Source: Mustelus asterias
Taxonomy: Eukaryota
NCBI RefSeq assembly: GCF_964213995.1
Contig: NW_027590172.1
Span: forward strand, 620,001-684,000
Length of the DNA stretch: 64,000 nt
Reading direction: 5' to 3'
Part shown: in pieces, positions 13,506 to 24,930 of the stretch
Position numbering within the stretch: position 1 is the stretch's first letter
How the letters are laid out: each line of letters begins with the position of its first letter
Notes under the pieces: model-generated
The model's input: the letters and a program-made list of their open reading frames with translations, nothing else
What the model was told of the DNA's origin: nothing
The model's database searches: none
Program-made: the position numbers and the translations under genes

Positions 13506-13580
13506 GGGCTCTTTCGGGATTTCTCGCACACTTGACCTCAGACATCCAAAGCGAGAATCATATCCCAAGACCAACGAGCC
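13506..13580 (-). pseudogene. tRNA-Pro(TGG) pseudogene
   Basis: Reverse complement GGCTCGTTGGTCTTGGGATATGATTCTCGCTTTGG...AAATCCCGAAAGAGCCC versus tRNA-Pro GGCTCGTTGGTCTAGGGGTATGATTCTCGCTTTGGG...AAATCCCGGACGAGCCC; T-arm is scrambled. Confidence 0.85.
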
Positions 13581-14254
13581 TACACTTTGGGTCCTTTCAT
13601 CGACATAAAATTCATTTGTTTGTATCCAAAGCAGCTTAGATACCTCTGGTAAAAGCCGACATTGTTGAAAAAGCTCAGCACGTCCGCATTTCTGGACTGA
13701 AAGCTCCAGGAAAACATCCGCCCAATATTGCTAACTCGACTGTTTGGCACTGGGAGCTTTTGTGAATAAAGTACACATATTACCCGCTGCAGGACACAAA
13801 CAATGCCGAGTGCCAAGTTCAATGAATGTGAATATTTTCAGCATTCCAACAGCTTTGACAACTCATAACATATCTCGTGAAGCAACATACGTTTACTATC
13901 AGTGCTAATATGCTATTTCTGTTTCGACATTTGCCCTTTGAATTACATTTTTTTCTTTTGGTTCATTGGCCATGCTAAATTGACCCTAGTGTCAGGGGTA
14001 TTAGCGCGGTGGATGTGTGTGGTTACGGGAATACTGGGTGGGATTGTGACCGGTACAGACTCGATAGGCCGAATATCCTCCTTCTGTACTGTTGGGATTC
14101 TATGATTCTCTGAGTCTGTAAATATGGTTGCTAGTCGCTGTTGCGAGTCTGGAATTCGGACCGACACTTCCCTCTGCTGGCGGCGGCGTGGCACTACAAA
14201 GTGCAGCATTCTACCACCTGTGATTCTTCAGGACTCAACTTTGTGTTCAAACAT

Positions 14255-15080
14255 TTGGATACAAAGCTGGGCTGAAAAATGGCAGATGGAGTTTAACCCT
14301 GATAAATGTGAGGTGATTCATTTTGGTAGGACAAATTTAAATGTGGATTACAGGGTCAAAGGTAGGGTTCTGAAGACTGTGGAGGAACAGAGAGATCTTG
14401 TGGTCCATATCCACAGATCATTGAAGGTTGCCATTCAAGTGGATAGAGCTATGAAGAAGGCCTATAGTGTGTTAGCTTTTATTAACAGAGGGTTGGGGTT
14501 TAAGAGCCGTGGGGTTATGCTGCAACTGTACAGGACCTTGGTGAGACCACATTTGGAATATTGTGTGCAGTTCTGGTCACCTCACTATAAGAAGGATGTG
14601 GAAGCGCTGGAAGGAGTGCAAAGGAGATTTACCAAGATGCTGCCTGGTTTGGAGGGTAGGTCTTATGAGGAAAGGTTGAGGGAGCTGGGGCTGTTCTCTC
14701 TGGAGCGGAGGAGGTTGAGGGGAGACTTAATAGAGGTTTATAAAATGATGAAGGGGATAGATAGAGTGAACGTTCAAAGAGTATTTCCTCGGGTGGATGG
14801 AGCTATTACAAGGGGGCATAACTATAGGGTTCATGGTGGAGATATAGGAAGGATGTCCGAGGAGGTTCTTTACTCAGAGAGTGGTTGGGGTGTGGAATGG
14901 ACTGCCTGCAGTGATTGTGGAGTCAGACACTTGAGGAACATTTAAGCGGTTATTGGATAGGCACATGGAGCACACCAGGATGATAGGGAGTGGGATAGCT
15001 TGATCTTGGTTTCACATAAAGCTCGGCACAACATCGAGAGCCGAAGGGCCTGTACTGTGCTGTACTGTTCTGTGTTCTAT
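14255..15080 (+). mobile_element. CR1 LINE 3' portion
   Basis: WAEKWQMEFNPDKC...LVRPHLEYCVQFWSP...LERRRLRGDL and 3' UTR. Confidence 0.92.
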
Positions 15081-15374
15081 AAACCCTGAATCCACTCAAC
15101 AGCAAAATCTGAGCGTGCAATTAAAAAGCATTTGCCGACAAGACGGCGCCAAATTCAAACCCCAGCGTCACAACTTAAACCTGTATGGATGGTAGGCTCG
15201 TGAGGTCACGATGGACTCCTCCCCCCCGCTCCCCCCCCCCCCCCCCCACCCCACCCCGCCCTCTCTCTCTTTCACACACACACTCACTGCAATCAGCTGA
15301 ACCAAGCCCGGGTTCTCTCTTTCTCAATCTCTGACTCATTCCGTTCCGATTCACTGAGAGGGATCCAATCAGAC

Positions 15375-15893
15375 ATGTTTCTGCTCATACTGGCGACGCT
15401 CTTGCACAGTAAGTACTGGAAAACGTTCACCAAGCCAGATAAACAGATTGATGGCAACTTAATTAACAATCTGAAATATCCATGTGATGCGTAGAATCGG
15501 TTCCTCAAACTATCGCAGATACAAACACATTTACATTAACTCTTGACATTTAATTCCTCTATCTTCACAGGCGGACGTGGCGCCGATCCAGTCACCAGTG
15601 ACAATAACCGCATCAGAAGGAGGTTCGGTACAGTTAGATTGTAACTATACAGACAAGGGTATGTACAGCATGCAATGCTATCAGCAGAAACCGGCACAAC
15701 CACCGACATGGATTATTTCTAAAATATTAGCAATGAAGGATGATGAAGTTTCAGGACGACATCTGGCGGCTGCTGATAAGTCTAAGCAGAATGGTTACCT
15801 CAATATAAGCGCCCTCAGTGTGGAGGACGGGGCGGTCTATTACTGCGCAGTGAGGCACAGCGTTAGATTACAGCTAAACACCGTTCAAAAACC
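15375..15893 (+). pseudogene. TCR alpha V pseudogene (leader 15375-15408, V exon 15571-15855, RSS 15856-15893)
   Basis: Leader MFLLILATLLH then GTAAGT. The spliced frame (SGRGADPVT) is out of frame with the V body. Conserved W is C (CYQQ). YYCAVR, then CACAGCG, 22 bp, TCAAAAACC. Confidence 0.88.
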
Positions 15894-16199
15894 TCAGCGA
15901 GTATTTACAGCTCCACTAAGTTTCCTTCTGCGCGAATGCAGTCAGGTCTATTTACCGGGTATTTTATCCTGATTGAGATCGGCAGTGGAGCGGTTTGGGA
16001 AAACTAGATGCTAATCTCCATGCCGCGATTTATGTAGCAAACAGAAACAATGAGTATCTCGCTACCAGCTGAGGGATGCACTTAGAAGTGGAGTTAATAT
16101 GGCAGAAATTTGCAGGCTGTTCTTTCTGAATTGTTAGCTCAAATAAGCCCACGGACACCTGTAAAAAAATGCAGAACGGATAAAAATCTACTGTCGTAT

Positions 16200-16642
16200 T
16201 TGGGAACCTGTCTCGGGGGCAGGGAACTCATATGGTGTTCGTGGAAGTGGAAATGACTAGGGTTGGGAAGCATTTTCCGATCAGGGCCATTGTGATCTCC
16301 TGGACTCGTTTCGATCGCCTCAGGGGGTCGGAGAGGAATTTCCCAGATTTTTTTTCCCCATATTGGCCCTGGGGTTTTTCACTCTGGGTTTTCGCCTCTC
16401 CCTGGAGATCACATGGTCTGGAATGGGGGGGGGGGGTGGGGGTGAGTTAATAGGTTGTAATGAACAAAGCATCGTAGCTGTGAGGGACAGCTCGGTGGAT
16501 AGGATATTGGTATGTAGATAGGCTGGAAAATTGGGCGGGGATCCTGGATTCAGGATTCAATCCTGGACCGGGGAGCGGCGCGGGCTTGGAGGGCCGAAGG
16601 GCCTGTTCCTGTGCTGTATTGTTCTTTGTTCTTTGTTCTTTG
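16200..16642 (+). mobile_element. CR1-family 3' UTR fragment
   Basis: Ends GGGCCGAAGGGCCTGTTCCTGTGCTGTATTG(TTCTTTG)3, the same terminus as the element at 1649. Confidence 0.7.
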
Positions 16643-17810
16643 TATTTAACAAATGAGATGTCGAATAGCCGCCACAGAGACTCACCCAGCAACACGACTG
16701 TTATTATAACTCTGGGACACAGAAACTCACCCAACAACACGAAGATAGTCGAGTGTATTGTGTGGTGGTGAGCTGCCTTCCTGAAGCTCTGCGGTCCCTG
16801 AGGTGCAGGTACACCCACTGTGCTGTTAGTGAGGGAGTTCCAGGGTTTGACCCAGTGACGGTGAAGGAACAGCGATATATTTCCAAGAAAGGATGTGGAA
16901 TAACTTGGAAGGGAACGTCTAGGTGGTGATGTTCCCATGTGCCTGCTGCCCCTGTCCTCCTAAATGGCAGTGGTCGTGTGTTTGGATTGTGCTGCCTGAA
17001 AAAGGTTTGCTGAGTTGCTGCAGTGTTTCTTGTAGATGGTGCACACGGCTGCCACTGTTCGTCGGTGGTGGCAGGAATGGATGTTTACGGAATGGTGAGC
17101 AATCAAGCGGACTGCTTTGTCCAGTATCGTGTCGAGTTTATTGAGTTATTGGAGCGACACTGATCCACGTAAGTAGGGAGCATTCCATTTACACTCCTGA
17201 CTTGTACTTTGTAGATGGTGGATAGGCTTTGGGGAGTCACAAGACGAGTTACTCATCGCAGGATTCCTAACCTTTGACCTGCTCTGGTAGCCACGGTCTT
17301 GGGTCCAGTTCAGTTTTCAGTCAACTCCCAGGATGTTGATGGGGTGGGGTGTGGAGAGGGGGGGCGTGGGGGGGGGCGGGTGTGGATTCAGCGATGGCAA
17401 TGCCACTGAATGTCAAGGAAAGTTGGTTAGATCCTCTCTTTTTAGAGATGGTCAATGCCTGGAACTTGTGGGACGTGAATGTTGTTTGCACTTATCAGGC
17501 CAAACCTAAGTACTGTTCAGGTCTTGCTGAATTTGGGCATAGACCAAATGTCTGATTCGAGACAGTGGAATGTCATCCTTAAATTGAAGAATTTGAATGA
17601 TTTCCTCACCAGAAAGCCCACTCTCACTGAGTGACTGTTTCTTCAATCGGATAGGTTATGCCCTGACTGTCAATATGTCTGAGCAAAGTCGCTGTCAGGA
17701 ATTGCAAAGCCCAGGGCAACCTCATGCTTCATTTCCTGCTCTCGTTCTGACATGTCTTGCCGGCAGTCTGCTATTTGTTTGATCGCTGCAGCAACTGTAA
17801 ACAGGTGTGA

Positions 17811-18128
17811 GGTTTTTCTACAATGACTGCCGTTTTTCCTCTCAGTGTGGGCATTAATGCACAGCAGGATCCACGCTCTCCGTGTCTTCAGTAACCAACT
17901 GACCCAATTTACCCGCAGTGGAAAGTTTCAACTCGAATCAGTCATTTTCTCTTTGCCATCCGAGAATCTGCTTATTATCCACTTACGTCCCTGATCGGGT
18001 TTTTTGTCTGTACCAATACATTCCATAAATACTGGACATGCCATAGCTGCAGTTTATCTGTGCCGAATCCCCGCTCTGGACTGTTTTCGCTGTGTGAGTT
18101 TGTGAAACTTGGTCCGAGTGACATCGAC
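17811..18128 (-). pseudogene. TCR alpha/delta V pseudogene with 23-RSS
   Basis: After the CATAG acceptor: GRCHSDQVSQTHTAKTVQSGDSAQINCSYGMSSIYGMYWYRQK, frameshift, PDQGRKWIIS..., ending CALMP. RSS CACACTG, 23 bp, AGAAAAACC (17849-17811). Leader-like stretch near 18254-18328. Confidence 0.85.
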
Positions 18129-19093
18129 CTATGAAAACATTCAGACAATGAAGCAAAATTAGTATAAATATACAGATTCACAAGTTATAGAATAAGTATC
18201 CTGCACTTAAAAGTTAGCATCACCAGAATGACAAGGAATAGATTCATTTGCACCGTGTGATACAAAAGCATTGTCAATAGGAATACGGGGCACAGCTCAC
18301 AGCAGAAGGGCACGAAGTGAATCAACATCTTCAATATTCCGCTAATGTAAGATGCAACAGATAAAGTTCCAGACACTCGGTTTCTCTGCAGTTTGATGGG
18401 CTGGAATCAGTTTCTGCTCGTCCGGTGTAAGGATGTGGGTTGTTGATCCGCTGCTGCTTCTCTTTCGGGTCACGTGTGAACAGGCCAATTGTCTATAAAC
18501 CAGGACGCTACTTTACTGCAGTAACTGTAAATTATAAAAGTGGTTAAGGATTAACTGTTCACCAATGAAGGCATTGATTTCAAACTGAGTTTTGCCCTCA
18601 TTTTAAAGTTATATATGATAAATGCATAATCAATGATATGTTGGAAATATTTTACTTGATTTACTTTTGCAAATTTAATTGATTCTCCTTGGTTTCAACA
18701 GTGCCATTTCCTCAAATCTCCGAGTCCCTCCCCATTTCATTTCTATTTGTGTAACTTGGACAGCAGCTGTTCAAGTCAGCAGCTCAGCGCCACATTCTCA
18801 AGAGCAAATAGGGATCCCCTTTTTCCCACAATCAATAACAATATCCCCACTTTAAGTCTCTAACGGACCAATATTACTCCTGATCACCTTCTTTCCCTTT
18901 ATGTAACTAATATTTCCTTATTGATCTCGATCTGCTTTGCAAGTTTCATTTCATAATCCATTTTACTAGCTCTTCTATGTTGCTTCATAGACCTTTGCAG
19001 GTCTTTGGGCTTTTCGGAGGTGGTTGAATTATCGCTCTTGCTTTGTTAGTGCGGGAGCGCATATTTGTGACATTAACTGGAAATTTCGATGTG

Positions 19094-19440
19094 CAATTTT
19101 GTACCGAATCCGCTGTATCTCGGCAGCAATTTGGGGCTTAAGGCACAGAAATAGCGGTAGCGGATATGAGAGCTTTTTATATCATTAATTCTTTAATGTC
19201 TGCTGCTTTACTAAGTATAGAAGCGTATTGCTGTGTAAAGCCGGGGTTCTGCTTTGCTGTCCCTCCCCAGAGCTGAAACACAGACTGTAGAAATGCCCAT
19301 GTTCTACTTGTACCGAACACATAAGGACTTGGTTTGTTTACAGGATGGAATTTGTGGTAAAATGATCCCCTCTTCAACCATCATTTTCGGCACCGACTCC
19401 TCTATTGAACTGGGTAATGAATATTTATCACTACATCAGC
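19094..19440 (-). pseudogene. Heavily decayed TCR V pseudogene, same family as the 6.5 kb V
   Basis: SPYVF(W)YK...QLWGG...KELMI*KALISATA-YFCALSP, then CAAATTG, 24 bp, ACAAAATTG. Confidence 0.7.
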
Positions 19441-20138
19441 ACTTGTTAAATAAAAATGTTTGGGATACGGCAGCCGGGTTAGGCCGGGGCACTAAGGAGA
19501 GTTCATTTTACTGGGAAACATCTACTTAATCCGAAGTGATATAATAATTAGTGGTCTGCGATACTTCCACAGTCTGTTCCCTATATCTTCGCAATATGTG
19601 AAATTCTCTGTCAGGGTAGAAATATAAATCCCCTCTCCATTGGACTGCGGATCCAAACAATGACAAACATAAAAAATTGGCAGCAATCTCTCCAATAAAC
19701 CAGGACAGGTGAGAAGGGTCAGTGTGAGAACAGCACAGGACAGTCTGGGCAGTGTTTTCACAGGTAGGATTTAACTACAAGGAACTGAACTCAGTAACAA
19801 AGCAACATTGAAAAATTACATAACGTTGCCTCTCTGTAGCAAGTGTCGCTAATCTTCATTCCATTCTGCCGACCAATAGTTTCGTACCAACTTTGTTAGA
19901 GTCAGTAAATTATTCAATCCTAAACGAAATCTTCATCAGGCGCCTCACAAAAATCTTGCGTTGATTTTCCCGCTTATATATCTTTGAGATCCAGCTGCCT
20001 ACACTCAGAAATCTTATTCTCTGATGAGCGGGATATGGCATTAATGTTTGCGTTCCCCTATATAAACACGTAGCCCTGGTTAAGAAACATCAGAGTGGTG
20101 AGGGGCAACTCCCACAGCTCCATCCGTGTGATATGCTG

Positions 20139-20153
20139 CAGGAAGTGACATCA
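20139..20153 (+). promoter_or_regulatory. ETS plus CRE-like composite in a V promoter
   Basis: CAGGAAGTGACATCA about 100 bp upstream of the V leader ATG at 20250. Confidence 0.5.
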
Positions 20154-20249
20154 GAAATGTGGCTGCTCTGAGTCTGTGTTGTCCTGCAGCAGATGACATT
20201 TGCTCTTTTACAATTATCTGTTCTGCACCTTTCTGGGACAGCAGCAGCA

Positions 20250-21295
20250 ATGCAGATCCACGTTCTCGTTGTGCTCTGGGCAGCTTTCTGTGTCGGTGAG
20301 AAATTTAAAACTTTTAAATGAAGATTAATTTCAGAGAATTAGATTTTAAAAGTAAATAGTCTATTTATCACTTGTATCGAAACTTGGTCAGACCACATGA
20401 GGAGTGTTAGGAAATAATGCCAGGGCACAGGAGAAAATGAGGAAAAATCTGTAAGAAGGTGATACCGCAATTGGCATGAGCTAACTATCAGCAATAATTG
20501 TGCTGGCTGAGATTATTTGATCTCGCAAAGCGAGGTTGGAGGGACAGCCTGACAGAGGTCTTCAAATGTGATTGAAAGGTGGTTAATAGGTTAGTGCTGC
20601 AGAGTTCTTTTCACTTCTGGATCATTGATTATGATAAATGCAACGGTTCAAAGAGATGCAAAAGGGCATTGTGGACAGGCCTCCATACCCAGCGTGTGTT
20701 TATACTCTGTACATCACTACCACAAGGGAAGCTAAATAAAGTGATGATGCAGAAAGAAATGGATGGAAATTCTGAGAGATTGAGACGAAGTAAGGCGAAT
20801 TACGCTCTCTAGGATTTAAAACAGACAGATCAATTTTGTAGAAAGTTTATTTTTCTAAGGTCTGTACTCCAACTTTTTGTATGTGATACTAACCACTAAT
20901 TGTCACATTTCAGTTCAGTTGATTATTTGCACTTTTTTAACTGTGTGTTCCAGATCAGAGCGATGGAGATTCTGTTACTCAGCGGGAATCCTCACTCACA
21001 CCGCCAGAGGGAAAATATGTCACTTTAAGCTGCATCTTTACCGACGATGCTGATTATTTATTCTGGTACCGTCAGTACCAGGCAGACAGCCCGAGTTTGC
21101 CGTCCGCCGGGACCCGAGCGACAGTTATGAATTCAAGGCCGATTTCGCTCGGACACGGTTTTCGGATAGAGTCCAGCAGTCAGACAAGTTGTACCGATTG
21201 ACAATCTCGGAGCTGCGGTTGTCTGACACCACGGTCTATTACTGTGCACAGAGTCTCACAGTGATGAGAACGAGTGAAATTCTCGTACAAAAACT
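20250..21295 (+). pseudogene. TCR alpha/delta V segment with a single 1-nt frameshift (leader 20250-20295, V exon 20954-21256, RSS 21257-21295)
   Basis: Leader MQIHVLVVLWAAFCV then GTGAG; DQSDGDSVTQRE...LSC...LFWYRQY, -1 nt at about 21078, then PGRQPEFAVRR...ADFARTRFS...LSDTTVYYCAQS; CACAGTG, 23 bp, ACAAAAACT. Confidence 0.9.
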
Positions 21296-21732
21296 GCCGC
21301 AGGTTTCTGGGTCACAGCTGCTGTCTGCTGAGGACTGTTTACAACAGCCAGTCACACACTGACACTGGAAAATATTCCTGTGCACAAAGACCCAGAGAAC
21401 AATCAGCAGAAACAGCATCAGAAACGGTACAAACCGAACATTCTTTCTGCCTGATTATTGCATTCACGTCGTGGCTGCAAAACTGGCTGCCCACCATTGA
21501 CAAAACAAACTCCAGTTGGTTCCCTGAAACTAGCTCTGTCGATGCAGTGAAATAGGGTAAACGGAAAGTAAGATAACACTGTTTAAAATATCAGTCTGCA
21601 ATGGAGACAGGCTTACGCCAGGTCAAAATGTTGATAATTAAATGAAACGTGTTAATTGTCCCCCACTGTTACAGAGATGTGGAAATTTTAACCGAACGGA
21701 CCGCTACAATATCAGTAGGTTCTGAGCGTTGC

Positions 21733-21749
21733 TGCCACCTTGTGGGAGA
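21733..21749 (-). promoter_or_regulatory. CTCF-like motif downstream of the V RSS
   Basis: Reverse strand reads TCCCACAAGGTGGCAG. Confidence 0.5.
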
Positions 21750-22259
21750 GTTCACAATTTCTACCTGTAATGTTCAGTTCCATTCAGAGCATGATTGTTC
21801 AGGAATTATTTTTACAAGAAATTCAAAAGCTTACACCAAAATATCTTGTCAGTAAATATTGCGTTGTTCGGTGTAAATGCTGTACTGAACTTTACTCTAT
21901 GCTCTATATTTCCTATTGTAACCTTAAACTATGTTTCCTGTATTCATTTATGAGACAATCTCCTTGTTTCGATTACAGCAGGATGGTTAACAACTGTCCA
22001 GACCGTATTTCTTCTCACAGGGCACAAACTAGTGTCTCAACTAATACTACACTGATCCCACATATCTGTTCATATTTCACTGGATCCAGTGCCTGTTTAC
22101 ATGATACTGGCGCTGTCTCCTTCCTTCAACTTTATTTGCCGTGTAATCCATTAGAGACGTTGTCGGTTGTTACTGGTCTTAGACCATGCTCATGTTTATA
22201 TCGCAAATTTTACAAACTTGTCTAAATTCTCTAAGACATTTTGAATTAGATTTGAATTC

Positions 22260-23045
22260 AGATTATGATCTGAATGGCTGTAAATTGGGACAGGGGAGTG
22301 TGCAGCGGGACCTGGGTGTCCTTGTGCACCAGTCACTGAAGGTAAGTATGCAGGTGCATCAGGCAGAAAAGAAGGCAATTGGTATGTTGGCCTTCATTGC
22401 GAGAGGTTTCGAGTACAGGAGCGGGGATATGTTGTTGCAACTATACAGGGCCTTGGTGAGGCCACGGTTAGAGTATTGTGTGCAGTTTTGGTCTCCCTTT
22501 CTGAGGAAGGATGTTCTTGCTCTCGAGGGAGTGCAACAAAAGTTTACCAGGCTGATTCCGGGGATGGCGGGACTGATGTAAGAGGAGAGATTGACGACGT
22601 CAGGATTGTTTTCACTGGAGTTCAGACGAAAGCAGGGGGGGGGGGGGTGGTTCTCAAAGAGACTTATAAAATTCTAACAGGTCTAAACAGGGTAGATGCA
22701 GAGAGGATTTTCCCGATGGTGTGGAAATCCAAAACCAGAGGTCACAGTCCGAGGATTCAGGGTAGACCATTTAAGACGGAGATGAGGAGAGATTTCTTCA
22801 CCCAAAGAGTGGTGAGCCTGTGGAATTCATTACCACAGGAAGTAGCTGATGCCAAAACATTGAATGCATTCAAGAGGCGGCTGGATAAAGCACTTGGGGC
22901 GAATGGGATCAAAGGTTATGGGGAGAAAGCAGGACTGGGCGATTGAGTTGGATGATCAGCCATGATCGTGATGAATGGCGGAGCAGGCTCGAAGGGCCCA
23001 ATGGCCTCCTCCTGCTCCTATCTTCTACGTTTCTAGGTTTCTATG
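22260..23045 (+). mobile_element. CR1 LINE 3' portion
   Basis: QRDLGVLVHQSLK...LVRPRLEYCVQFWSP; 3' UTR GATCAGCCATGATC...GGCTCGAAGGGCC. Confidence 0.9.
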
Positions 23046-23395
23046 AATTATGCCCAAAATATATTTGATATAAATGGAATAAATGGAACCTTCCCCAAAT
23101 CTGTTACTCTCGGCTTGTAACTTATTGACATTTATTTGAAACCAACACATTCTGCTGATACGTTTAGAAAGAACAGAATTCCCTCCATTTTGCCCTATCC
23201 CAATCACCCTGTCACATTGCGGCAGTGTTTTTCCACCTAGCTCCCTCTGGTTCTTGTCACTCTGTCTCTCAGTCCGCAGTAATACACCGCGCTGTCAGAC
23301 AACCGCAGCTCAGGGATGGTGAAAATCCCCTCACTTTTTGAACTGTCGAGGAATGCAGAAAATCGAGGCCCCACACCCTCTGGTCTGAAAATATC

Positions 23396-23493
23396 GTAAG
23401 AAGTCTCACAAACCAGGTTAAAGTCCAACAGGTTTATTTGGTAGCAGACACCATAAGCTTTCGGAGCGTGCTGCTCCTTCGTCAGATGGAGTG
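23396..23493 (-). mobile_element. 98-bp Penelope-like pseudo-LTR fragment with a minimal hammerhead ribozyme, inserted in the V exon
   Basis: Flanked by a 9-bp TSD GAAAATATC (23387-23395 and 23494-23502); contains CCAT-CTGACGA-A-GGAGC..GCTCC-GAAA-GCT-T-ATGG. Confidence 0.85.
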
Positions 23494-23800
23494 GAAAATA
23501 TCCCCAGCAGAAGGAATATAGATCAAGAATCTGGGAGCTTTGTCCCGATCCTGACGGTACAGGTGTAATAATTAGAAAGCAGCAGTGGTGGAATAGCTGA
23601 AATTGATTATCACAGAGTCGCCTTCGAACTGTGTCGCTGTAACCCGGCTCCTGTGAGACCGAGTCTGCAGCATGAACACCTGCAGAAATGAAGAAATAGA
23701 GAACATTTTGTTGCCATTTTATTGCAGCCAAGATTATCAAGTTAACAGAATATATTGCAAATGCAGGAAACACATGGTTAAAAGTAAAAATACTCTGTGA

Positions 23801-24125
23801 GCGGCATGGTAGCACAGTGGTTAGCACTGCTGCTTCACAGCTCCCGGGTTCGATTCCCGGCTCGGGTCACTGTCTGTGTGGAGTTTGCATATTCTCCTCA
23901 TGTCTGTGTGGGTTTCCTCCAGGTGCTCTGGTTTCCTCCCACAGTCCAAAGATGTGCGGGTTAGGTTGATTGGCCAGGTTAAAAGAAAATTGCCCCTTAG
24001 AGTCCTGGGATGCGTGGATTAGTGGGTAAAATATGTGGGGGTAGGGCCTGGGTGGGATTGTGGTCGGTGCAGCCTCGATGGGCCGAATGGCCTCCTTCTG
24101 CACTGTAGGGTTTCTATGATTCTTT
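23801..24125 (+). mobile_element. Full-length HE1/V-SINE in the V intron
   Basis: tRNA-like head GGTAGCACAGTGGTTAGCACTG..GTTCGATTCC, V-domain, CR1-like tail. Confidence 0.9.
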
Positions 24126-24930
24126 CTATGAGTAACGTTAACAAGTTGAAAACTGAGTAACTTGGGAGTTAACAAGTTAGGAGGCCAGTAGCTGTGAGGA
24201 ATGAATAAAGGGTATCACCCAAAATGCTCACAGAGCTGATGCTGGATCTGAACTCAGTGAGTTAAAGCTCAATAGTTTTAGGTAAGAGTTGAGAAGATGA
24301 GCAGTGACATTCGGCCTGGCAACCTGATTGGTCTATTCCTGACAGAGCGACAAGTGACAACCAATCGGTTCATTGCTCCATTGTCCCACATTTCATCCAA
24401 TCAACTCGCAGTTTGTGACGTCAGTGAGCTGGGTAGATGAAAGACCAGCAGTGGCCACTTTGCCTTGCAAAAATGCTCCTACTATCTACCTGTCTATCTC
24501 TCACCATCTTCATGCACTACCCGAAGTCCCATTTTACTCTTAAAATCCACAAATGTATCATCATCAGTTCGAAATAAACCCAAAGACTGCACAATCACTG
24601 CTCTGTGGTGTAGAGAATGATAAGAGTTGCTTTAAACTCAATATGGCTTCATTAACAGGGTCAATATTTAAGTTGGAGGTGATGGGTAATTGTTAAAATG
24701 GTTCTATTATCATGGCCGGAGTTTCTCATTAAGAGAGCTGCTCGCTGAAAATGAAAAATAAAATACTTACCGCTGATAGAAACAGGACTTTGATGTATAA
24801 CGACACATTGTGCAGCACAGAACGTAAAAATTCTGGCAAATTGGTCTTTATATGATTTGGGTCATACTATAAAACCCTAATCCAGTTGACAGATCTGATT
24901 CAGTGAGAGGAGGCGAGAGTGCCCTTGCTG

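Larger units (their letters stand above)
23226..24225 (-). pseudogene. TCR alpha/delta V pseudogene (leader 24225-24174, V exon 23679-23265, RSS 23264-23226)
   Basis: Leader homologous to that of the 30 kb V but ATG is ATT. GVHAADSVSQEP, frameshift, first Cys to Phe, stop, Trp to Leu, a 98-bp insertion, ...LSDSAVYYCGLR. RSS CAGAGTG, 23 bp, GGAAAAACA. TGACGTCA at 24416 upstream. Confidence 0.9.

Noticed and set aside
14124-14945. 273-aa ORF and similar long ORFs (22186, 26425, 49242, 60172) as host genes
   Set aside because: All are retrotransposon reverse-transcriptase or endonuclease remnants.
21257-23264. Head-to-head V RSSs as a V-V recombination pair
   Set aside because: Both are 23-RSSs, which violates the 12/23 rule, and the second heptamer is CAGAGTG.
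23237-23827. 196-aa ORF suggesting an intact long V gene
   Set aside because: A chance read-through joining SINE, intron, an off-frame V part and the Penelope insert; the true V frame has a stop and a frameshift.
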